NCBI GenBank assembly: GCA_051362555.1
Contig: CM120643.1
Location: 26,354,848 to 26,418,847 of the forward strand
Length of the DNA: 64,000 nt
Reading direction: 5' to 3'
Source of the DNA: Lingula anatina
Taxonomy: Eukaryota; Animalia; Brachiopoda
Part shown: piece by piece, positions 11,801 through 21,657 of the stretch
How the letters are laid out: the number at the start of each line of letters is the position of its first letter
Position numbering within the stretch: position 1 is the first letter of the stretch
Program-made: the position numbers and the translations under genes
The notes under the pieces: model-generated
Databases searched by the model: none
Seen by the model: the letters and a program-made list of their open reading frames with translations, nothing else
What the model was told of the DNA's origin: nothing

Positions 11801-11878
11801 ACGTACGCAGGGTTACTGGACGGTCCACAGTCGGCCGCTTTGATAATTGACGAGAGCAAGAAGAAGGAAGGTGGATAA
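5900..11878 (+). CDS. Secreted RHS/YD-repeat toxin-like protein (SpvB/TcB-like N-term, 7x FG-GAP/PVL-lectin repeats, TcdB midN-like region, RHS core, C-terminal cargo), 1992 aa
   Basis: Uninterrupted ORF; polypyrimidine+AG acceptor at 5878-5879 then Kozak gcaaccATGg at 5900; hydrophobic leader MANRITALLSLLVFSSGGGA; IPLDLPPG...YSSGAGNGPLGIGWGLS (SpvB-like); many YD..GR repeats; RHS core RGYTGHEH...HMNGRVYDPDVGRFLSPDP...NPLKYKDPSG. Confidence 0.93.
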   Translation: MANRITALLSLLVFSSGGGAEYLVGNLEGELNVDKGEVHYKIPLDLPPGPNNIQPDLAMTYSSGAGNGPLGIGWGLSLDTAIARCGLTIAQDGEIRGIQNDLTDRFCLDGQRLVLVSGTYGLTDSEYRTEVDSYSKVVAKGHHGLGPDKFIVHTKDGRKLTFGSSFGSKLIGNGQQCVHKWSISRIEDRFGNGVDITYSQPETEAGVLHHIRYGTSVVEFQYELRPDKTTAYLQGNILFSLTKRLKVIKVFNQNNLIRSYKYTYHPTGYGGSKQSVLTALHMCDSQDKCLKPLSFNYGNTLNLDYTFERSTHKLYKYGKNYGWETSKHPRFIRDMDGDGFADIVGFPNYGVFVSLNDGNGGFKTPTYWSQEFGYTSGWRVENHPRHLADVDGDGLLDVVGFANGGVYVSFNTGKGLKSSRHMTSAFGYSRGWRVSNHPRFVMDINNDGRADIVGFANDGVYVSLSQGDNFDSPKLWSNQFGYTAGGWRVENHPRFLRDVNGDKLLDVVGFAADGVYVALNLGSSFGPAQKWIGQYGYTAGGWRTQQHPLFVEDINGDGLADIIGMASDGVYVSFSTGKYFTTSRKWIADYGVSAGGWSVTDHPRFLRDVTGDGLLDIVGFASNGIYVSENTGASFAQKRLWISAYGKTAGGWTTADHPRRVVDINGDGLPDIVGFANHGVYTSVNKNMLPAVHGIQDSLNNKIKIEYSPLGKALMDGAYKRDSDAVYPQQDVVLSRPIVRRVLRDDGIGGEAKNVTTYKYGGYKVDLSGRGSLGYRWIEETNTNSKIQYNEYEQSFPLTGMLKSSRLDIAVSSGDVRKVKLATYSNNVTILSSGSPARLGVFPWTQTTENWDLNLKLVSTDATRYENADAFGNIRSILRTISGDGDVFEQKTENAYNNNAAHWLIGQLMESSVTHSTPSYCDMTRRTKFEYDQNRGQLIRIRREPDHALELMTEYTYDKYGNQIAQSETAAESPQQKRTTRKMYQSTGIFPVATINAMGHNETYVYDAFGNLERLVGANGLITSWEYDSLGRKVRENRADGTSTTWQYLWASSPVNAAYKVTKQVSGHAPETKIFDAFDREIRKESQGFNGTMIYDAVEYASDGNLYRESFPYFSVSSPKWSVYKYDLLDRVIEKEEPAGDKTAITRYEYDALVTKTIDPLGHASSKKTDILGRVVQVTDNLGGMVKHRYDPLDRLVQTVDPNNYSIEMGYDILGYKTSMSDPNMGSWEYRHNAFGELIWQKDANGNVLQEEYDLLGRLVKRTEPEGVTTWSYDTKEKGIGKPGQIDGPEGFHQEWDYDGYGREVSVSTVLNGTTLTMRTTYDAASRVNSQTYPNGAKVYRCYNSVGLLSKVKEASCSSADTTGMIWKAVNYDAAGRILDEIHGNGVQTKYSYDSGNRLTEILSRNRQAQKIRHSQYVFDENDNLVSRSDLSQGTTKSETFSYDSLDRLTRSSVRDPGNSYGFSQNWQYDESGNILSNDELGLNHFQYDPSRPNAVIRAGNHTYQYDQNGNVIRKDGIHIRWTSYNKPTSFNTASGQVVFKYGPDRSRYLKINHAGDRVVYFGKLYEHHTDSKGSKADVFVYGPMGRLLAIKSTKKFKTGETNTTSFVHSDYMGSIDTLTSPSGSVLERLSYNAFGKRRAGDWRQRQSVRPTTTQRGYTGHEHVDELGLIHMNGRVYDPDVGRFLSPDPHIQDPYDTQSFNRYTYARNNPLKYKDPSGFFFKKIFRSVKKFVKKYWRPIVAVAVSALTFGAATPYAAAFIAANTALTGTAAAVASGVLAGAASGFVGGVVSTGNVKGGLQGVVGGAIFGGVGGYFGSTWNIQRVASQAVAGGTVSELTGGKFVDGFVMAGVTATSRYLYNKWVSYDVTWKKGSPSRYKCASCMPVKGMNNIGTQGEKPDTSWFKGWKPNFQEGGGLSRALNRVPGINAVSGLHDVFQVKLDRVPFSVGGVGARDIFNVPGMPVAAVITYAGLLDGPQSAALIIDESKKKEGG
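6845..7960 (+). repeat. Seven ~55-aa protein repeats (beta-propeller, FG-GAP/VCBS-like, PVL-type)
   Basis: Consensus FGYxxGGWRVxxHPRFxxDxxGDGxxDIVGFAxxGVYVSxN counted seven times in the translation. Confidence 0.9.
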
Positions 11879-12002
11879 ATGAATGACCTTTTTTGTTTGT
11901 TATAGACACCTAAGGACGAGGAATACGATTCTGAAAAAGACAAGTCATTATTCAGAGGCGCAGTTGTGTTATTAACCGGGATTTCGTGTTTTATCATCAG
12001 TT

Positions 12003-12008
12003 AATAAA
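12003..12008 (+). terminator. Candidate polyadenylation signal of the RHS gene
   Basis: AATAAA 125 nt after the stop; further AATAAA at 12328 and 12334. Confidence 0.5.
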
Positions 12009-12367
12009 TCTGATTTCAATGGTGCTGTTAAACACTGTTAGTGCGCCTTTAGATTAGATTAGCATTTTTACACCTGTGGTGAATCTGAATGTGGACATAT
12101 CTATAAAAATCTAGATATATTTTCAAAAACACGGAGGCGGACTTACATTGTAATGTTAGCCTAAGCTAGTTTTGTCCTGAAACATAAAGAAACATTATCG
12201 GCTGAAACAATTCATTGTCCAGAAAGCCAAACTGTGTCAACATTCGGGATTTTTTCCCTTTGTCAACACCTGCTTATTCTGCCCTTAACGGCTTAGTTAT
12301 ATATGCGCCTTTGAAGTTAGTAAATGTAATAAAAATAAAGCATACATTAAGTGTGTTAATTTTTTAA

Positions 12368-12399
12368 TTACCTCCGCCAAGAAGGTTATGTTTTCACCC

Positions 12400-12432
<33 letters not shown>

Positions 12433-12560
12433 ATCAACATAACTCAAAAAGTTATGGGCCGATTTTGATGAAATTCTCAGGAACTGTCAGAAGTGGGCCA
12501 AGGAAGAGATGAATAGTTTTTGGTGTGATTCGGATCAATTATCAATCAATGATTAATAAT
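12368..12560 (+). mobile_element. Truncated Helentron-associated (HINE/DINE-1-like) element
   Basis: ttacctccgccaag start followed by a (GTCT)n microsatellite and ccgattttgatgaaatt core; 3' end not found. Confidence 0.5.
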
Positions 12561-12904
12561 AATAATAAATCGCTGCCTTCTTTCTTTTCAGCTTTCGATA
12601 AAAACACTTTAAACAGTAGAAGTACTCATAACACCACGACAAAACGTGGAATCGTGGAAATACTGTCTTCAAGATAGCAAAAAAATAATCATGAAATTGT
12701 CCTGGATTTAAATTATCTTTACGCTTTTCTGAGAAAATCTAACCTTGTATAAACAACGCTTTGTTAAACGGCAGCACAGCGCAAAAGATTGAAAATGGAG
12801 AGATTTGTTTCAAATATCGGTGCATCATAATTGAATTCGTGTAACAGGAGTACCCTCCGTAACAGGAATAGAAGTCCACTAGGAACCGTGTCCGCTTCTC
12901 ATTA

Positions 12905-13879
12905 GGCCACACTTTTTTATTTTTATGGATGACATCCTCTGGGTACCCCAAAATCGGTGCGAGAGGGCGAAAAAAAAAAACAGTCCAAAAAAAAAAAAAA
13001 ACTGCTTAAGTAAAGGAATGCTGTCAGTACACAGCTGGAAACACAAATTTAACCACAGAAACACGTATCAAACTAACAATATGTCTTTATCCATGCTCTC
13101 AAAATATTAAAGCACTGTGAATACTTCGTAGAAATGTTAAAAAAAAGTCATGAATTGATATACTTCATATTACCAAATCTATTTAAGGTTATTTCATGCA
13201 TTTATTTGGTATAGCAATCAATAAAACAAATATCAATCAAACAGTGTGTCTTTATTTGTATTCTCAGAATATTAAAACATTTTGAACACTTCACAGAAAT
13301 GTTTAAAAAATGATGCAAAGATATGCTTAATACTACCAAATCTATTAAAGGTCATTTCAGACGATGCCATTTTGTCAACTTCAACTCACACGAAGCAGCT
13401 AAACTGTCAGGTGGCCTGTCCGACCTTCAGTCCACCAAATACCTCGACGCCCCTTGTCGACCCTTTTTTCGCTACAGAAAACCTGGTATTAATGTGCTGC
13501 TTTAAACAGAATGTCACAGAAATGTTTCGGCCGCCGCCAGCCTTTCGCACAATTGTAAAAAGGTGATATCTCCATGCCCAATATCAACGGCATACCAATC
13601 CAAAACGATGGCGCCTGTTCTCTTTATGACTTTTATTGTTGTGTAATTTGAAAGTAATCCTAGAGATGAATTTGACAGCAAAGTGGCCGCATTTCCACGT
13701 TGCGAAAATACGCATGCGCAGAAAGCTCATTTCCTTGCAAATTCAATAACAACGTTTGCGACAACCGACTTCGTTGGGGGCTGGGGGGGGGCTTTTTTTT
13801 TTTTTTGTTTTTTTTTGGAGAACGGGCGAAAATCCATGCGCGCGCAGGATGTCATCCATAAAATTAAAAAAGTGTGGCC
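12905..13879. mobile_element. PIF/Harbinger-type non-autonomous element
   Basis: ~33-bp TIRs ggccacacttttttatttttatggatgacatcct / aggatgtcatccataaaattaaaaaagtgtggcc; TTA TSD at 12902-12904 and 13880-13882. Confidence 0.8.
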
Positions 13880-15144
13880 TTACTTCGTATAGGTGACATC
13901 TACCACCACCCCCCCCCCCAAAAAAAAAAGGGGGATTTAACGAGAGAAGCGAAAGAAAAATCGCGTGTAGAATCAATTGGTAATACCATCGTAGCATGAC
14001 GTCATCTAAATGCACACGCTTCGTCCTGACTATCTTTCTACGCCGAGGAAGGTGTCCTATGTCTTTGAGATAAGCCAGTATAGTCAATAATCCATAGCAC
14101 AGAGGACACAGAAATGATGACTTCAACTATCTATCTTAATTTCCAGGCGGTGTCCTGGTCAAAACTCAGGGTCTGGGCGCGTGATGCGGGGTGGAAAAAA
14201 CCCTTATGACACCGCGTCGATTAAAATGTACAAGTCAAGGAACAAACGATTATTCATTATTAGAGCAGGAGTCTCATCTGCGTGCCACTTGCTTCCTGGT
14301 TCGGAAAAAAGGGCAGTGCGTCTCTGAGACGTACGAACGTGCTCCTGCCCGCCGCCGGCACAAATCTCAGGTGAAACGATTTCAGCATTTTTGCCGAATT
14401 TTAGAATAACATTTTGAAAAAAAAATATCTACAAGGGACATGTTTCTTTTGCTGTGTGGAGATTGCGCTTACTTTTACATTATAAATATATTTGAGCAAA
14501 TTTGAAGACCAGTAGTCATTTACTATCTAGGGACAATGAATCTCGAATCGAATCTTTCAAAATTAAGTCTGCGGCAGAAATAAACCTCGGGGATTGTGGT
14601 AGTTGTGCTGGTTGCGCTGAGAAACACTCGGTCTAACCAGGGAATTATATCCGATATAATTCCCTGGTCTAACCAACGAGGTACAACAGATATACCTCTT
14701 TGGGCTAACACATTTACTTAGAAGACTAGATTAACGCATACATTGCCCGTTTGACCTATATGCATAGCCAAATAAATTTTCTTTGATATTTCACGATTTT
14801 TACTTTATCGCCAAGGCGTTTCCCCACACCCTAACTAAAACCAAAGTAGATGTGTTTAAAAAAAGATGAGTGCACAATTAGACAAATTGATGAATTCGGG
14901 TTAAAGGTTATCAGCTTTAAAACTACGACTATCCAGAAACTAGTTTAGTTATTGAACACGTCACCCACTCTAGGCGCCGTTATCTACAACTGATTTACTT
15001 ACCAGGGGCAGATGTGTCACGCACCTTGTAACGATATCTTTTTTTCATAGTGAAACAACCACAAGTATAACAATTAAATGGCATATATACAGGTAATTGA
15101 TGGTTAATTACATCTTTACAGTAGATCTTCATAAATGCATCAGT

Positions 15145-15745
15145 ATTATAACTTATCGATGATATCAAACTCGCTATGACAACGTAACAAAGAGGAATGT
15201 GCATTGTAGAAACATACGTGCGCGCATTTATAACGTCTCACGCACTCACATAGTTGCGCCGACGGACAACAAACAACGTACACAGCAACAACAATCAGAT
15301 ATCTACATGCAATTTGGTAACGTATGTTTCGGTAACGTATGTGTGTAGATTGTTGTTGTTGTTGATTACATTGTTATAGGCCTATAGTTGTCCGTCGGTG
15401 CAACTATGTGAGAGCGTGAGACGTCATACATGCGCTCACGTAGGTTTTTACAATACATATTTATTTCTCTTTGTTACATATATTGTTAACAAAATTAGGT
15501 GTTGGGTCACAAGAAGTTGGAGGCAGCTTACAATTATTAAAACCATAGGTAACGTATGTATCGATGGATATCAGACTCGGCATGGCAATGTAGCAAAGAG
15601 GAATGGACAACGTAGAAACATACAGTACGTGCCCGCATGCATGACGCCGAATGCACTCACATAATTGTGCCGACGGAGAGCAAACAACATAAACAACAAC
15701 AATTAACAATCTACATGCAATTCGGTAACGTACGTATCGGTAACG
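15145..15745. repeat. Three diverged ~150-190 bp units in forward/reverse/forward arrangement (fold-back repeat)
   Basis: cgcactcacatagttgcgccgacggacaac (15241) recurs inverted at about 15388-15418 and direct at about 15653-15685. Confidence 0.6.
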
Positions 15746-15874
15746 CAGTGGCGGTTTCTAAAAAATACGTATAGGCCTATATCGCACCAATATTCCCCTC
15801 TTGAAATTAGAATTCTGATTAACAAAATTATGGTTACCGTTGTAAACCGTAGAAAATGGCACTATTTGCTCTCC

Positions 15875-15924
<50 letters not shown>

Positions 15925-16810
15925 AAAATCAGGGTCATTCAGCAGGCCCCGAACCCCGCAACAAGGGGGCGATAGTCGGCTTCGCATCAGAAGCCAGTTG
16001 TTCCGCCCCTCCCCCCCCTACAAATAATCCTGGATCACCCCTGATCCAGGGTGACTCCACATTTTAGAGTCAGAGACTCGTGATTTCAAAAACAGAAAGT
16101 CCGCAGGACCCCTTGTTTTAAACGGACTCTGTGTTGTTGATACCTAGGAGATCTACAGTGGAGCATACTAGTAAGCCTACCCTAGTACCCGGTACATGTT
16201 GGCCTAAACAACTCCTTGCTGTTAAAAAGTGGTGTTTACCTTTTGTGCATTTTTAGATATCGTGGAATTCAAATGAAAAAAAATAATGATAAATGTAAAG
16301 AATTGAAAAAAAAAGTATACTATACCGTAAATACACACAGTAAGGTTGCTCAATTGGCGATAAATAACCTTACTTCCGTGTTTAATTTTAAGCGTCACTT
16401 GGCCTACCAATAATGGACCGCTCCACGTTCAAGGGGTGTGGGGCTATATAATGTCGAAAATATCTGTGTACCAGCTAAGAAAGATGGTAATTTTTTAACA
16501 CGGCTGGCTTTTAAAACATTTCGGTATTATTTTTATCGACATTCTGATACTAAAATCCACTCCTTTATAGATGAAAACTAATCACTTTTGAACCTGACAT
16601 CTCGTCTCTTGTAACCACACAGATTAAAGTGTTGCTCTCCGTTTCCCAACTGATATTGCATGTTAGAACAAGTTAGGAAATGAGTAAAGTTGTAAACTGT
16701 TTCCAGGTGTAATCTCAAGGAATGTAAACGTATTCAAAACACACTCGGTTGCCACCAGTCGACAAAGAGCGAAGGTCCCGCATAGGGGAAGACCTAGAGA
16801 AGAATTCAAG

Positions 16811-17006
16811 ATGGCGGCGCCCAGAAGCGGGGGCTCCCAGCTCTATGAGCGGACTATGATGACAACGTTGAAAACGCTGGAAAGGGGATTAGTGTTGACC
16901 AAATTATATCCGAAGAAGAAACCCGAAAGGCGGACTTTTCAAGTAAAGTTGGAGACCAGAGAGTTGGTCTGTGTTCGAGCACAGAACGCCAGGCCAGAAC
17001 AAACTT
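16811..17006 (+). CDS. PLCG1: PLC-gamma exon 1 (N-terminal PH)
   Basis: aagATGg start; MAAPRSGG...LERGLVLTKLYPKKKPERRTFQVKLETR; donor GTAAGT at 17007, phase 1. Confidence 0.93.
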
Positions 17007-18646
17007 GTAAGTATTCGCTGTCGCTGTCACTTGCGTCTGTCATGATTATGATTATTATGATATTGAAACCGGGGTCTTTCCATTGATGCCATTAAGTACT
17101 GTTACTACCACTCCATGTGCTGACATCTGTACGGCACTATATGTTTTAAGCCCCTTCCGATTATCACGGCACTTAAGTGGGACACACTATGGGAGAAATG
17201 TCGGTGGAATTCTTGGGTTTGGAAATATACTGTGAAGATTAACTAAAGCAAAGGTAAAGGTTGGGTTCATGGTCTGATGTTCTTAATAAACAAACGAAAA
17301 ATAAAAACAGTGTCCATGGTGCTCACAGTTTATTTCTTGTCTTTATCTATTTAACCCTGTCAACTACTGCACTGTTCAGCGACCTGTCAACTTTGGATCT
17401 GTGAACAGGAAGGAGTTCACAGGTGATTGGCTGGGCACTGTTCAGATCATTAGTAAAGCCCCCTTCACACTGGATGGCGTCCTTTCTGTGTCCTGTGGTA
17501 CGGCCCAGTTTGAGAGTTGAAAAAAGAAAAAAAACTTCATCTCACAGTGCCAGTTACATATGGTAGCACAAAGGACGCAGAATGGACGCCGCCCAGTTTT
17601 AAGAGAACTGAACGCATCCAGTACTTATTTGGCAAATTGGGATGAAGACATTAAAAATTCTCAACCGTCCTAGTCGTTTAACCAGGGACACTCGACAGCA
17701 CCATCCCTGTATTTGCATTTTGTTGTATTATTTTTTCCAGGGTTAAGTAAGGAGGTATTCAGTATTGTTTATTTGATGAGAGGAGTGATGCATTGTCAAC
17801 AGACTGATAAATACTGAAATGGTTATCACTGATGCCACCTAAATTTTAGGATATCTGTACATATGATATATGGCAGCTACATAAAGGACCAAGTCACTGA
17901 CTACAAAACCAGATATTTTGTTTTTTCAGAATTCAGTCTTCAAAAGAATTACCTTGATTGTTTCTCAGAGCACCTAAAATTTTTTTATTTCATTCCCTAT
18001 TTTATTGTACTAGCACAGAGCATTACTTTGCAATGAGAAGTGATCTTGATGACTTAACTCTTAGGTTACATAGCATTTTTTTAATGCGTTTACTTTCATG
18101 TTAGTCAGCAACACTGCCACGAAGCACCTGCTGATTTTCTAAATCTGCATGATATTGATTGTTGCCTGATGTACATTAGGCTATACAGCACTGGAGGGCT
18201 GTTTGATTGTGTATGATCATGTTAGATTGGTTTTAGAGTTATATTAAGGTCAGTTAGGGATAGAAAATAGAAAAAAGTAGATTAGAAAAGGGCTTTTTTT
18301 CTGTGGCACATGGATGGCAATGTTTTTTTCTTTATCACAAGGCAAGTTTGGTGATTTAAGTGCTATTTCCCCCAAAACTTTCTCCAAATTAGCAATCTAC
18401 TTGTTTTGTTTGGAATTATAAAGAGTCTTTTTGTGTTTTAAAACAGAAACTTCCAATGGATTTAGATGTATTATATGTCTTATAGAGCAGTTTTCTTCAG
18501 TTCACTTGGCAGAGTTCTATATAAATATGCAGTATTGAGTGGGTGCATGTGTGTTCAGCTCTTCAGACACCGAGCAAGCTCTTTGTTGAGACGTAATCTC
18601 TGTTATTCTGATATGCAGGATTACTGTTACAGGTTGCCATGCTAGG

Positions 18647-18720
<74 letters not shown>

Positions 18721-19837
18721 GCTTCAGTCGGTGGTTTAATTTTTATTTACTCTGAAACTATATAAAAGCCTGCATAACCACAAAAGAATGAGAAAAAAGA
18801 GAACTTCAGAGTCACATACGATCACAGCTTGCATTGCCCTTTCTTTTCAGTCATGTTATGTGAAGCACTCCACACTCAGACTGGATCTTGGAAATAATGT
18901 TAGGCACTCAGTGACATATTTATAGAAATGCTCAGTTAAATGGCAAAACCTGTGAAAATATGTTTTTTTATTTGAGTGAGAGAGAGAAAGTGTGGTCCAC
19001 ACATTTTGAAGGTCTATTTTATGGTGAGGTGGTGTGAAAAACACTCAAACTTGCACTAGTAGGAGTGAATGGGTGTCCCATGGTTTATTAAATCTAGAAT
19101 TAAGGGACAACATAATAGTTTCAGATTGGTTAATATATAGGAGGAGAGAAAACAAACACTTGCAATTGCAAGCACGCACATTTACACGCATTTTCTGTAT
19201 ATATAGGACTTCACACTAGTTGGGGAGGCTGTGTGATTGAATATCACAATGTAGGACAAGATTTAGTAAAAAGTAGCTGCCTTTTCCCCCCATTTCTCAG
19301 CTCAGTTCTTGATACAGTCCCAGCATGCAGAGGTGTGTTTATACAAAAATTGATATGGACCGAAAGTAGGGCCAAATGATGTTATCACCCTACCTGTCTA
19401 TAGAGCCACAGTTACAGTGCTCAGTGGGCATATAGATATGGGGTGATGTACACCTGAAATTGGTGGGAATTGATGATATGACATATAAATTATGAATGGA
19501 GTTGGCAACCTGACTGCCAGGTGAAATGTATTAAGAATGGTAAATATTGTAATATGAAATCTGGCCATGATGTGTGATATATACTTGATTCCCAGTCCAA
19601 AGATATATTTGTCTGAACTTTGGTATTCACACTAAGCTGGGGCTCAGTGCAAATACATGCTGAGTAAATGTTTTTCAAATCAAGTGCCAGCGCTTTTAAA
19701 ACACGGTGTTAATACAGTTGGCTCAGAAACCTAAAGATAAGAAAAAAGATTACAATGATTGTGTATTTATTTTCCTGGTCAAAACTCCCACCTTCGTGCT
19801 ATTGGGGCCTGTTACACACGCACGCACGCATGCGCGT

Positions 19838-19873
<36 letters not shown>

Positions 19874-20069
19874 TAAGTTTACCCAAAAATATGTCTTAAC
19901 TTTACCTCCTAAATTTTAGTTGACTTTGACCTAAGATATATCAATGTTGTATATTTATTTTACCTGTTTTGAAAAAAAAAAGACGTGTCTAATGTTCCAG
20001 ACCAATATTTACCTTCTTTTTACTTGTAAGTGGACTGTTAAAGATTGATATTGAATAGTTTCAATCTAT

Positions 20070-20467
20070 TAGGCCATTCACATTAGAACTTTTACCGCGG
20101 TCGAGTTTACTCCGATTAAACGGCGGTCAACCAAACCGCGTCCAAACCCCGTTCACACTGACACCGGCAGCAATCAGTAGCGGTAGAATCTTAGCAAGCC
20201 TATTTCCTGTCAAGCATGCGCTCTTACTAGAATCTGTGCAACATAGCAGGAGCTCAAATGACAATACACTTGTGCGCATGCACTTCATATGTAGACATCC
20301 TGTCTTGACCGCGGTCAGGAGTTTACTCCGATTATACCCACCTCCCGATCTGGGTTTATTTCGACCGCGGTCATGGCTACATCGTCCGTTCACATTAGAA
20401 AAGTTAACCATGATAGGACCGAGGTCAGGCCTTGACCGCGGTTAAAAGTGGTAGTGTGAATGGGGTA
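20070..20467. mobile_element. MITE with imperfect TIRs
   Basis: ccattcacattagaacttttaccgcggtc versus gaccgcggttaaaagtggtagtgtgaatgg; internal ccgcgg subrepeats. Confidence 0.6.
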
Positions 20468-21618
20468 TATATTTTTGGTCTAAAAGTTTTGACAAATTCC
20501 AGGCTAAAATTTTGTAGAAATTAATAAGAGTAATTGTGTTTGTATGTGGTGAACTGAGCATAATAAAGTTGGCCTGTCCAGCTTAGTGTACTGTTACAGT
20601 AGTAATTATATGCACGACAGGAGTCCACTATTTGTTCAGTATGCTTGCCAAGGGTTTGATGCATTTGTGGGCATGAATTCTGTCTGGGGTATCCATTCAA
20701 GAAAGAGATGTCTTACCACGCAATTAAGATTGTAATTGTAATTTATAAAAGTCGTGCAATGATCACCATAAAAAATCAGCATTTTTCCATAACCAAACAG
20801 GAATACCACATCTAAAAGTTAAAAAAACCATTGATAATATTCCATTTTTTCAAAAAAACTTTCACTGAGAACAAGGAGGATCTGATCTCTAGGATATTTC
20901 GGGGAAACTCCAGGCACTTGCTGCGTTAGGTACCTGAGATCAGGCAGATAAAGACAAGATTTGTGATAGTTTCTGAGGAGCTCACAGCTTGCCTCTTCAC
21001 TTTTCTACCTCACGGATCATGACTTTTACCTAGACATGAAAAGAATATAATAACTGTCTTTAAGAGACTCTAAGTGGGGCTTTTTATAAAGATAAATTAA
21101 GATGAATAAGTCTGACATCATATACCAGTGGGTGTTTTTCAGGTGGTAGACTGAACAAGACTTGAAATGTTGGGAAAAGAAAATTAATCACAGACGTGTA
21201 AAAGTACATGCAATTTCCAAGAGTGAGAAGTCAAGGCAAATAAACAAACCGAATGACACCAAGGTTATTTTAATTCCTCTGAATTCAAAATGTTGTTTCA
21301 ATGTTACTTTCTTCTTATTTAGATAGCGGATAAATGTGCATTCGCTCTCAGAAATTAGTGAATATGGTATCTGTTAATGAGTCCAATATTAAGTGGGAAC
21401 TTTGAGGTACTTCTGTAATGGGTGAAAAACTGATAGGAAATTTATGCTTCGATATAATTTTTCTGAGAGGCTCCAAGAGGCTGGCATTTATGTGAGGTCT
21501 TTGTACCAAAAGGTCAGCTTTGATATGAAACAAGCACTGAAAGGGTTCTGAATAGCTGGTGTTTTAAGTTCAAGAAATTAGTGCAGTTTATGAGAGGCTC
21601 TGAAGTGTCCAAAATTGT

Positions 21619-21657
<39 letters not shown>

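Noticed and set aside
5900-11878. RHS gene as a teneurin, or as plain bacterial contamination
   Set aside because: No TM/EGF/NHL region or coding introns as in teneurins; flanks carry microsatellites, LINE/MITE relics and splice/polyA signals, with no operon or Shine-Dalgarno context. Read-level confirmation is still needed
11879-12010. Immunity gene downstream of the toxin
   Set aside because: The ATG right after the stop opens only 8 codons; the minus-strand 122-aa ORF is mostly antisense shadow
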